Assembly: GCA_003614675.1 (NCBI GenBank)
Contig: ML002319.1
Span: 1-42,247 of the forward strand
Length of the DNA: 42,247 nucleotides
From: Dimargaris cristalligena
Lineage: Eukaryota
Reading direction: 5' to 3'
Made by a program: the position numbers and the translations under genes. The notes beneath the pieces were generated by a model. The model worked only from the letters and a program-made list of their open reading frames with translations, ran no database searches and was not told the DNA's origin. Of this stretch, positions 12,276 to 23,650 are shown piece by piece (position 1 is the first letter of the stretch; every line of letters starts with the position of its first letter).

Positions 12276-14192
12276 ATGCGGAGACCAACCGGTGCCAGTG
12301 CTCGAGGTTTACGGAGACTGAGTACAATAGTCCTTCTCGCCGTTTACGGCTGCGTTTTTTTTGCAAGGGCATCGGACCTGGAGGGACGGTACGGCCACCA
12401 AACGATATTCCACAATGATACCCTATACGTTCTCGGCGGAACACTTGGTCTAAGCTCATCACTAACTTCCCGGGCGTCCGAAGAACTAACCCTCGACCTT
12501 CGTCAGCCTTTCAAAGTAAGCGAGGCGAGTTGGAACGGCCAAACATTCGCCACGGGGGGTGCCACCACCCTGGATAATTTCTCGGCGACGCTCGTCCAAA
12601 CCAGCACTGGATCACGTGATATTCTACTGTGCGGCGGAACCGATCCGAGCACCAATCGGCTGAATTCGCAACTATGGCAATATGACTTCACAACCCCTCA
12701 GTGGCAGGGCTCGAACGTGGCCATTTCGAACCAAAGGACGCACCATTCAACTGTCTATTCGCCCTCCGAGTCCGCACTGTTAATATACGGCGGCTTCGCG
12801 GAATGGCCAGTCGACCCGACGCGGACCGATCCCAGTAACCAGCTAACTCGCTACTCCTACGAATCGGATAATTGGGAAGTTATGAAAACCTCGGGGTCCC
12901 AGCCACCGAAGCTATACAAGCACTCGGCCGTGATGCTAAACAATACCCACATGGCGCTGCTCGGAGGATTAACGACCAATGGGGATTCTGCACCAACCAC
13001 GTATCTCTACCTCTATAACGTTACGGGCTCGGCCTGGTCCATCGTCAACGTGACCGGTACTCTACCCGATACCTCATCCACGAGCGCCGTTATGTGGGGC
13101 TCCACCATTATTCTCTACGGTGGTCTGAGTAAGTCCAAGAATAGTCCTACCGATGAAGTAACCCTGGTTAATACACGCGCGAGCCCATGGAGTAGCACAA
13201 CCCAAAATGTAAATGGTGTCCCCGGACCGCGCTACGGCCATACCGCCACTCTCGTAGGTAGTTACATGTTTATCGCTTTTGGCAATACCGGATCGGGCCC
13301 GGACAACACTCTGGCGGTCATGGACGTGGCTAAATTCCAAATGGTGGATAATTTCGATCTCCGGAATGCCCAAGCAACTAGTGATGGTGGTGGTGACCCA
13401 GTCGACGGCTCCGATCCTAGTTCGACCGGTGGCCAAACGTCCCAATCAGGCCGATCAAAAGACGGTGGCCTAAGCACTGGGGTAATCGTTGGTTTAGTGG
13501 TAGGTGTTGTCGTGGCCCTAGCGGTCGTCATAGCCGTGCTGTGGTTTTGTGTCCGCAAACGCAAGAAGACCCAGTACTCCTCATTTAAATCGAACACACC
13601 CCCACCAGGGCTCGGTGCTTCTAGTCCGGAAAGTTCGGGAAGTGGGCCCCTCTATAAAGAACACCAGGTATCCACCGAAAGGTCCCTGCCTAACCCAGCT
13701 ATCCCATCTTTTCCGGTCCCCATCGAGTCCACTAGTCGGGAAGTTGTTGTTCCCCCAGAACCAACAGTCCCTTCGCCGTTTGCGACGGCCCCTGCCCGTA
13801 TCCTACCCCGAGCAGCATCGGAAGGTAACGATACCAAACCCCGGGAACCCTTTTTTTCTATTGATCGCGGTGTGGCCCGGGGGAAATCACTCGATGCCCG
13901 TGATGCCTCGTGGCCTACCATGTCAGCGACGGCTCCGAGTGGCCATCGAATCAGTGGACTGTCGTTGCCCCGCACCCTTCCGGAGGGATTCAGTCTACCC
14001 GAAGGCCCTAGTTTCCAGCCGGTAACTAAAAGCGATTCTTATGGGCCCGACGATGGTAGTACCTGTCCCCTCGATGGCGTTGAAGTTCAGACCGTGGCTT
14101 TTCGGAAAGTTCGATTATATACCATGAGCTCCAACAATCCCAGACCTGAGCGAGTAATCCACGAAGGAGCTCCGCCAGCTTCCGTATCTTAA
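12276..14192 (+). CDS. Kelch-repeat single-pass membrane protein with long Pro/Ser-rich cytoplasmic tail (start could be 12264 or 12276)
   Basis: Signal IVLLAVYGCVFFARA; Kelch motifs RYGHQT..LYVLGG, ILLCGG, RTHHST..LLIYGG, YKHSAV..MALLGG, IILYGG, PRYGHTATLVGSYMFIAFG; TM GLSTGVIVGLVVGVVVALAVVIAVLWFCV followed by RKRKK; intronless ORF. Confidence 0.9.
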   Translation: MRRPTGASARGLRRLSTIVLLAVYGCVFFARASDLEGRYGHQTIFHNDTLYVLGGTLGLSSSLTSRASEELTLDLRQPFKVSEASWNGQTFATGGATTLDNFSATLVQTSTGSRDILLCGGTDPSTNRLNSQLWQYDFTTPQWQGSNVAISNQRTHHSTVYSPSESALLIYGGFAEWPVDPTRTDPSNQLTRYSYESDNWEVMKTSGSQPPKLYKHSAVMLNNTHMALLGGLTTNGDSAPTTYLYLYNVTGSAWSIVNVTGTLPDTSSTSAVMWGSTIILYGGLSKSKNSPTDEVTLVNTRASPWSSTTQNVNGVPGPRYGHTATLVGSYMFIAFGNTGSGPDNTLAVMDVAKFQMVDNFDLRNAQATSDGGGDPVDGSDPSSTGGQTSQSGRSKDGGLSTGVIVGLVVGVVVALAVVIAVLWFCVRKRKKTQYSSFKSNTPPPGLGASSPESSGSGPLYKEHQVSTERSLPNPAIPSFPVPIESTSREVVVPPEPTVPSPFATAPARILPRAASEGNDTKPREPFFSIDRGVARGKSLDARDASWPTMSATAPSGHRISGLSLPRTLPEGFSLPEGPSFQPVTKSDSYGPDDGSTCPLDGVEVQTVAFRKVRLYTMSSNNPRPERVIHEGAPPASVS

Positions 14193-17100
14193 GTCTCGAC
14201 CACGATTAGTCTGTCTTTGGTAAATTTTGGTTTATATGATGTTTATCTGTACTCTTTTCGTTTAATACAATTACTATTATAATTGCCTATACCTTAGGGA
14301 CGCTGACACTTCCCGCTCGTAATATAATTCAACTTATTCACAGTGTTTGGAAAATATACCACCTTTTGTCTTTAACGTGTCCGGTTATATTTAATAATGA
14401 CCGTCACTCTCTCTCTCCATCCCACCGTATTATTCCCTTAATTTTTTTTGGAAGGAGTGCCTCTTTAAATAGCACCTGGATGTTGGAATTGCGATTTTAT
14501 TGGTTAGGTATGCTATTGTAAGTTATTTTTTAGTCTGATATTATCCCCTAATGGTAACCAGTCGCATGGATTCGAAATAAGTAAAATAAGCCGAACTGAC
14601 TGCATCTTTAGCAATACCCATATCACAGTTTTTCAATTAATATACTAAATTGAGTAAATTACTTCTTCGAATACATACAGTCAAAAGTTGGGCATTAAAA
14701 ATGAGCGATTGGGGCCATGTCAGTAAGTTTGATGGCTGGAGTCAGGCCATCTTTTCTGATTTTTCTTTAAATCACGGGGCCACCGGTACACCTAAATTAG
14801 GCTAAAGCGCTTCCGTACGGTCCGTCCACTATTGGTCATGTACCAATAATTACACAACAGGCTGTGTTCAAGGACTCGGCCCTTCAAGGCGCTTACTATA
14901 GAATATCACACGAACCCGCAAGAAGGCCAGCTTCACTTTTCCATTGCCGCCCTAAAATTATCAATCATACGGTAGCCAAATGTTAAAAGTAAGATTGGTG
15001 CAGTTTTTCTTCAGTGAGTGTTAATTAATGTATCCACTACTCCGCAGCCGGCCTTCCCCGATGAACTGGCACGAGAATTGCTTAGACTCTGGCCGGAATT
15101 GGGGTAGTCGCCTTTATTATAAAGTAAACATATCATATATTTTATTAAATGAGTTCAACGGAATCGCCATTGGCATCGAATAGCTAGTTGTTACTAGTGT
15201 CCGTTCGTTTGTCGACCGAGTCGGGGGCGTATCCGACGGTGGCTCTATACATCCACACCATTACCACCCGGTGGGTGGGCATTTGGTTCGAATTTCCTAA
15301 TTCCTCAACCTCGGGCAGTATATGTGACCCTAGTTTATAATTAAAACGGAAAGTTCAACGAACTACTTTCCTTAGACACCACCACCAGCCGATTAAATCC
15401 AATTTAGCAACAGCCGATTTTACGCGATGCTGCGTGCAAGCTAACCTGTCAAACTATTAACTATGCCTTTCCATATGCTTTATTGTTTTTTTCACACGTT
15501 GAAATCCAAACTACATGGACCAAAGACTCAAGGGAATAGCTCCAGTCGAAGATGTATCGATAAGCCAAGGTTACACAGATGCAATCTCTAGTAGGCGAAT
15601 AGATTGGGGATAAGCCCAGGCAAGTAAGTATACATTTCAATAAGGAAAGGGGAGGTGCGGAGGTCCGCCGAAATTAGTGCAAGTCAGGCTGGCCTACAAT
15701 TGATTAGTGCATGTGTTCGAGAAGAGTGCAGAGTATTCTCCGAGGTGAAAGCATCGTCAACTGTCCCCGTTGGCCCAATGATAACGGAGGTAAGAAGTGG
15801 CTGACCCTAAAGTGAACAAAAGGGTGGGATTAGGGAGGTACAGATGGTGTGGTGGTTAATATAGGAAGGGAAGTTTTTTTAAAAAAGGCAGGTTACCATT
15901 GAATTAATTATCACCTCCCTGTCCCGCTTTTGGTTAAATTGCTGTGGATCCTAAGTATGAGTCTTGTACAAGGCGGATTTCTTCACTCAATGGCAGAGGG
16001 TGAGGGTGGGCTGCCTCTGGGGTTATATTGGTGTGGCAAAAGGCGAGACTGGAGGGGAGTATATCTAAAATAGATGAAAGAAGAGAGACCGCATGCAAAG
16101 TCCCCTTTTTTCAGCTAAATCAAGTAGGCCCGCATGGAGCATGGTCAAAGTGATGAGGCAAAAACTCGCCTCAGCTGATTGACCGTTCCAGCCAGGGAAA
16201 CTCACGGCGACCATGCCAATCTTCCCAAATCCCAGGGTAATGAATGGCCGAAATGATGTGCCCGGTCGATACGAAGGGCAGTTGTTCTCATAACAACATT
16301 CAGTCATGGGCCAAATATTCCTAGTGATGATCCATAATCCCAATACCGGCATATTTAAGGGTAAATCGTTAAATACAGATGGGCAAGGAATAGGGGTGAT
16401 CTTGTCGCGGATAGCCTCATGTGCCCACCGCTAGGATAATAAAAAAAACACGAGTTTAGCTGGGGGAAGAGAACTAGCCCAGTCGGAATTTTCAAGCGAC
16501 AACTTTGCATTGTTCAACACCATAAATGGTTGGGGTGATTCTTGAGAAGGGAGGCGGCTTATTCTGTGTTAAAATGGTTGATGGGCATGGCCATTCATCA
16601 CGGTCAATTTAGCCTTATCCATCTTCGTAACTCGCAGTTTAAAGCTATATTAATTTGCAGATTTCCTTTTTTTATATAATTATCATGAAGAAGACTGGCC
16701 TCACAGGTAATCTGGAAAACGACCGCCTCCTACGCGACTGGCATATGGGTGGGCGTGAAAGATAAAGTATGAAAAAACGGGTCTGAGGACGTTATTAAAC
16801 ATCTCTGTACATAAAAAACAATAACAAGATAATAACTGTGGAGACCCTGGGGTGTATATCACCAGTTCTAATCCGCCAATTCAATAGCGCTTGATTTTCT
16901 CCCAATAGTGGTATAGTATTCGTTTCAAAAAGGTTCTCGGCCCGAAAGTAGGCCGAGCCAGAGCCGAAAACAGTAACTGGCGCCACATGCCTGTCAGAAC
17001 CGAGGCCTTGGTAATAAATAAATGAAAGGGTACACCAGCGCTCCTCTAGGGATTGGCGTACCATAATTATATCTCTAGAGAAATGAAACAATCTGGCTCT

Positions 17101-20100
17101 AGAAGTGAGATGGCACAACCAGGAAAGGGGGGCGTGTGGATCCATCTGTCTTCCATAGGGTAAGCGGTCATTTGCCATATTTGTGTGCAATTTGAAACAT
17201 CTAGCCCCTTTTCTAGTAGAAGAAGGGGAAGGTCTAGAGCGTCTAGAAGATGAGAAAGCCCTTCTGGGCGATCCTTATTGCAATATTACTGTCCCGATTA
17301 TATTCCTGATGTTACTATCTTTTCCTATTCTATTTTAAACTACTTTATAGCGTTCTAGCACTTCATTTACTAGAACAGATTCAGCCGTGTACGATCTCTC
17401 ACGTTTTACTCTCCGGTTTACTTACGGTAATATATTTTAAAGGATAGTCCTGTTTCATAACAGAGATACTAGCCAAGGAACGGGCCTATTCAGCTAGAAT
17501 ATCCACACGGCAGTATGAAGGGGGCCTTGCATTATATGAACCAAGTGCTATAAACCGATCAATATATATGTAATCGTTAAATTGGGGCATGGTAAGTTCC
17601 CTCATTTCTACGTGTCGCCCCGTGATTGCAATTGTCTTCCAGTTTTAAAAAATATACATGGAAAATGGCGCCTCACCCCGGTGAACTATTGTCCATTGTA
17701 GTAGGCGGGGAGCATAACCCTTTAACCAAAAGCGACCTCAGGGTTTAGGAGCCCTCGAATAAAGGTGATGGGCAGACTCGCCGGCTTGAAGTAGCCGACC
17801 TTTAGCGCTGTAGAATTGACCATCACTGTAATGGATACCCTTAGCTTTCTCGTTTAATTTCTACTTGGGGTCCAGCGCGGAATCTATTGAATAAGTTTAC
17901 TCCCCTTAGGGGGGGTTACGCAATTCATCCGAGTATTTCCTTTATGTCTATTCCAACCCCCCCCCCTTTTTATAAAAACCCGTTGTTGTTTTTTTTTTGT
18001 ACTCACTCGACCGTTTTTAATATTCCCCTCCGTTGAAGCGGGCCAAAATTGGGTATAATCAAACCTGTAATACTTTTGCACCGCAATCACATCTTAAGTG
18101 AATGGTGTAGTGTATCGCTCTTCCAACTCCCCGCTTCACCCCCGTAGTGCCCTCAGACAGACTACCCGCTAAACCGGCTATACAGTGTACAAAGTAACGT
18201 AGGACCGGGCCCAAATTCTCGAGAAGGCCAACAGCATCCGTGCGCCATTTTGAAAATCAACAGACAGACAGTACTTCCTTTCGCCGCCCTTTCCCGCCGA
18301 CTAAACCCACTGTATTTTTTAGCCCACTTACACACTGCCCCTTTTCTGCTCCAAAACGGCGGCCCAGGACAGACCTATACTGTAGGCGACATGTAATACA
18401 GGAATAATCCGTCGCAAATGGAATAATAATGTATCCATTTTTTTGGTAAATGCCATGGATATTAAGAGAAACCCTACTCGGTGGACCTCTCCAAATGGGG
18501 TCGGCCATTCACTGTTGTAGGTCCTCCTCTGTCCATCGAAATTCCCCGTCAAGCCGAAATTCCCATGTCCAGATTATTTAATTAACCAATGAATAAGGCA
18601 GCCTTAGACATTCGCCCTCTGTACAACTACTCACGGAATGTGGTCATACCGCTCGCTCGGAGTAACACAAATAGTCAGCTGGTAGAACTTTAGTCTCCCA
18701 CCTATACTACTCTTCATACTCATTCATCCCTTTTTTTTAAAAAAAATGTCCGTTACACCCAACTAACTTAGCTTTGCCGATCTGGGCCTTCAGAAGGAAA
18801 CCTCTGGTAAGCCGTAGAACCACTGTATCGGGGTCGTATTCCTTGCCGACAACAACACGGTCTTAACTCCTGCGGCTCTTTCAATATAACCCGCAATTAA
18901 CATCACCAGCCAATAGCGGAGGTGACGTCAACCGCATACTAGAAATGAGGATGGGGGGAGGGGATTTGGCTTGGGCGGGCAACAACAATCTTAAGCTGGC
19001 AAATGTTTTGGGAGCAGGGAGAGGGTGAACCGCAGTGCCCGCTATATTCCCGCCCTGCTTCTTGACAATGGTAGCAAGATTGTTTTTTTGTGACGGAAGC
19101 GAAGCTCAGTCCAGTGCTGGCATTTAGTCCTAAAGTAAACCCCTTTTTATTTCTTTTTTTATATATATTCGTTCTAAAGTTTAGTATTCTAAAACTATGC
19201 GGGTGAGTGAGGCCAGGAAAGTGGTGCGTGTGTGCGTATGTGTGTGGGGCTGTGTGTAAAGTTATTCCCAGACTTGCATCAAAATCACAGCCGTCTGAGC
19301 GAAAGTGAGAGTGGTGATGGTAAGTCTGCGATTGAAGGCTCTCCGTATAGGGTTGCCGAGCGGAATGGGTAGTTTGGCGCAACCGCCTGTGCCGCTAAGA
19401 TTGCATCAGAGGCAAACAGTCCACTGAAATGTAAAATGAGTGACCCAGCGAATATCGTGATACCCACTCACTGGGCTTTTGGGGCGTAACCAAACCATAT
19501 TGGAGTGTTTTACTCACACATACTAGGGTGCTTGGGAAGCAGTAACCCATTGAATAAACACTTGCTACAATCCTAACTGACTCATTTTCATAGTAAAATT
19601 TTAGCAGTGTCTTGTTTAGTTTATGTATGGGCAATCTAGCCATATGCGTACAATACCATCAGCCTAAACCCTACACTGGGTTCAGTGTTGATGAAAGGAT
19701 AATTTATTACATTTTAGCATTCCTCCGGGACCATGACTCAGCTGATGTATATCCATCAGACCATACAAAAAGAGGGCTGCAATAAGAAGTACTCTGCGTA
19801 GGCTAAGCAAGTCATTTTCGAATCATCCATGGGTATTTTGGAATATCGAGAATGAAAAAGTCCGCCGCATGATTGTCTCTTCTCGAGGTATTATATGCGA
19901 TATACTCAACACGGGCATGCCCAAGTGCGGGTTAGTATGGGAAAGGCGTTCCTAAGGATATGGCGATCCCTTGCCACTTAGAGAGGAGGGTCATCGGAAA
20001 TACCGCTCATTGGCGGCCCACTATAGTTGGGTGCCGTTTAGCCGAGTCCGATGCGTCGAAGGGAAATAGTGAAACTACTGTACGTGTCGCACCTGAAGTC

Positions 20101-23100
20101 GACAAAAAGTATAAGGGTAGAGAGTACCTGGTCCTTATTCATTCGACCCCCCCCCCTTGCATAATCTTTAGAAGGAATTGGAGGTCACCCACCCTCTCAG
20201 TGGGAACAGTCACCCTGGAAATCCCCAAAGGGATACCTATTCCATTTCAACCAAAGTGGTAAGGCGAGGTTGATTAGTTAACGCGTTGATTTTCCAACCG
20301 GATTGATGGTCGCAATTTAATCTTTTTATGGATTAAGCCGGACCCCGAAATAATTTAATTAGCCATAGGGTGGGTAAAAGCCCAGGTCCGCATTGGAGTT
20401 ACCCATTACCCGTAGTCCACGTCGTCCACATGATCGTATCGATCCAGGTCACTTTCCTAATATTCGTCTGAGCATCTGGGTTACATTACGGATATCAGCA
20501 CCTTTTCTCCTGGATATCACCCTTCAGGTGGGGTACGTCTGTTTGAAAAAAAAAATAGCCAAAACCTTCTACTTACCATAAACATAATAATCTTAGTGCT
20601 TTTCCCTGGCCCACATTAGTTTGGGTGGGCAGGCGGGGGCACTCCAAGCAGTGTGAAGGGAAAGGGTAACTGTGGACCGGACTAAACTGGCTCCCGAACC
20701 AGCTAGAGTGTTAAAATGTATCGCTCCGCTTCTGGGGATAGTTCACTCGCGTCTAGTTTCGGTATTTTAGTGGGCTATTTCCCCTAAACCTGGTCGTCTA
20801 CGGAAAATCATTGATGTAATTAAACCGGGCCCGACTTTCTCATGAAACATACCCTTCGAATATTTTGGTAATGAGGCTCTTATTCAAAATAAAGTCAGCA
20901 TGAGTCAGGCCTGCTAGGTGATTGGACCTTAATAAAGAGCCAGATAGTGCCCACTGCTGTTACTATGAGTATGACATTTGACACTGATAGAAGAGCCAAA
21001 CAAAATTTACTGCTGCCCGCCAGTGACGTCTTACTACCAATGAACCTTCGATTACTATTAGCGTTTCAAAAACTCAGTTCGAGTAAGTGCTCCAACTCAT
21101 CCCCTACGACAATGGGAGGGAGGGGAGGGGTTCGAGAACACAGGGCCTAATAACATCGCCAGTGTGCCGCGTACGCGGCTAAGGTTACAGGAGGTTCCTA
21201 CATACGTTCCTTGTATTCATCACGGCGACTATTTTTAGCTAAGGCAACGTACAGAATGCACAGCCGTAAAAAAAAGGAAGGGGATACTTGACCAACCAAC
21301 CTGCGCGCCATAAATGGATAGGCAAGCTATGTTGTTCGGAATGGTTCTATTCTTTTAATTAGAAGCCATTGATACGTACTTTTCAATTAGGCGAAAACGA
21401 CATAAAAATGGCACACTTTCCTCGACTCGTTCCATCACAACCTACTCGTTCAGTTTGGATCATGTAATGGACATCTGGCGCGACATGAAAAATTACACAT
21501 AGGAAGGCGGTTCTTTAAACGAAGGGTTTAGTTACTGACTTCAATACTCCATGCAAGCAACTGAAGGACGGGGGCGTGATTACCTTTAGGTATATGTTTT
21601 GATTAACGAGGGACGTTGGCCAAAGACTATTTCCAAAATACTATGAGGTTGGAAGTAAAATTGACGCTCGGGCTGAGCAACCTTAATTTGATGGGCAGAT
21701 GGAGATAATCAACCCTCCAACCCCTCCCCGAGTCTTACCACACATTGTTATTAAAAATGTAGGGTCGTTGGCGACTAACCCAACCCGTTAACGCACTTGC
21801 CAATACCTGCCACAAGCTAGGCGCCAAGGATGGGAAAATATCCAGCTGGCTTTCCCTTTCACCATCCCCGTTGGGACTCGTAAATAAGTTCTTGGTACAA
21901 CAAAGTACGCCTCATTGCACCGTTGTGTAAGTAAGGACAGTGGGCTCTTGACGACGGTACTTTGATCACACCGATCAAGTCAAGTCGGACAGCCACCCTT
22001 TTCTACCCGCTCCCCTCTCCTGTCGACCAAACCGTAGCTAGCCTTTGGTCCCATGCAGCCCCATTCGTCCGCTATGGATATTCGCCACACTTGGGATATG
22101 AGAACCCTTGTATTTACGACCTGTTTTTCAATTTACATCATTTTATTTAAAAAAGTATATCGATAAAGGTGAAGAGCGGAGGGCTCCGTTGTTATTTTTT
22201 CTTTTTAATTTCGGAAATAATGGATTACGTGACTGAATGAAATAGGGAATTGGGAGACTGGTATGCGTGGTAAATGGAGGTTTTATCAGGAGGCATCGGC
22301 TTGTGGAGTGGGAAATTCAACCCAAATGGCATTATTGTGTTCCTCAGGCGACCTGGTATTCTCAAAGCCCTGGTGGGGTATATTTCGCGACCGACATGTC
22401 CAAAGCTACACTATGGTGATGAAATATTCCTCCGATATTGCCACTTATCTACCCGCTGTCGACTGTTCTAAGCGACTGGGAGGGGCAGGGTGCGCTAATG
22501 TACCCCCCAGCATAGTCCCGTTCAACCAAAAGCTGATTTCTTGATTAAGGTAACTCTTAGAATAGGGTCGGGTGGAAGGCGAAGAGGAGGAGGGAGAAGA
22601 GGGTAGGTCTCCGAAGAACAACACATCTGAATTCTTCGGGTCTTGGTTGCTGTGTGATTTAGCCCAAGAGCCACAAAAACCTATATGGGGTCGGATAGCT
22701 ATATTTGAACTAGGTGTTCCAGTCGCCCCCGCCTAGTGACATGGCGGGACCATGGATTCCCATCCTCCGCTCCCGCCTCTCAGTCCATACTAACATTGGC
22801 CCAAACTCAGCGAACATCCTGGTGGCCATTATAACTATTAAAAGCCATTTGTGTTCACAGTAGTGTGAATATGGTAATACTGAGCCCTTGTCTCCCTTTC
22901 TTTTCCTGTTTTTCCCTCCCTCACATACAGTTTGGAGGACGCGAGGCGGGAGTAGAATGGCGGAAAGGGAGGGGAGGCAAGGGGAAAGGGGTGGGGGGGA
23001 AGAGGACCGCGGTGCTTATGCCAAATTGGTCATATGAAAGGCTGGCCCCAGAGAGTCGGGGCGACAGGCGGGAAAGAGGGAGCAACTCGACTGGCGGACT

Positions 23101-23211
23101 TGTCTTGGCTCTTGCGTAGGACAAGGATCCATTGGTCAGGGTAGTCCATCTGGCCCTTCATTCCCCCACCCTCTTATTAAGACAGAGTAGTTGGGGCCCC
23201 CTCTTTTCCCC

Positions 23212-23219
23212 TATATAAG
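23212..23219 (+). promoter_or_regulatory. Putative TATA box of the HSF-like gene
   Basis: TATATAAG ~440 nt upstream of ATG 23651, followed by a pyrimidine-rich UTR-like sequence; a possible UTR-intron acceptor ends at 23590. Confidence 0.45.
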
Positions 23220-23650
23220 GATCGAGTATCGTGTCTCTTCCGAGAACTGAACACTGATGACTTCCACCCTTGGCCTACTCCGATTACCGATTATAAAACC
23301 CCTTACTTGCGCCCTACTGCTTTTTGCATTTTATGCTGATTCTGCTTTTCTCGCACTCCCTATTAAATACGTCTGTGCACGCTGACCCCAAACTGGTGTT
23401 GGTATAATAATCTACTCACTCTCTTTATTAAATTTACCCCGTGCACTTTTTAGATATATACTTGCCTAAATTGCTATACTACCTGCCCATTTTTACCTCC
23501 TTCCTCCGCGTTATCATTTGCCTGTGCGCATTGTAGTGTCTCTAGCTGGCACATTAAATTTTTTAATTTTTCATTTCTGCCACCCAACAGCCGAAATTTA
23601 CCCAGACCTTTTGGCCAAATCAATTTTTATTTTCACTATTTTCCAAAGAC

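Noticed and set aside
16065..23124. Short ORFs in the gene desert (e.g. 16795..17190, 18939..19382, 19960..20262)
   Set aside because: Mostly non-ATG starts, low-complexity-derived residues and no domain signatures.
23254..23339. CTGATGA...CTGA box C/D-like pair
   Set aside because: Imperfect C box, poor terminal stem, T-rich non-guide-like sequence; lies in the probable 5' UTR.
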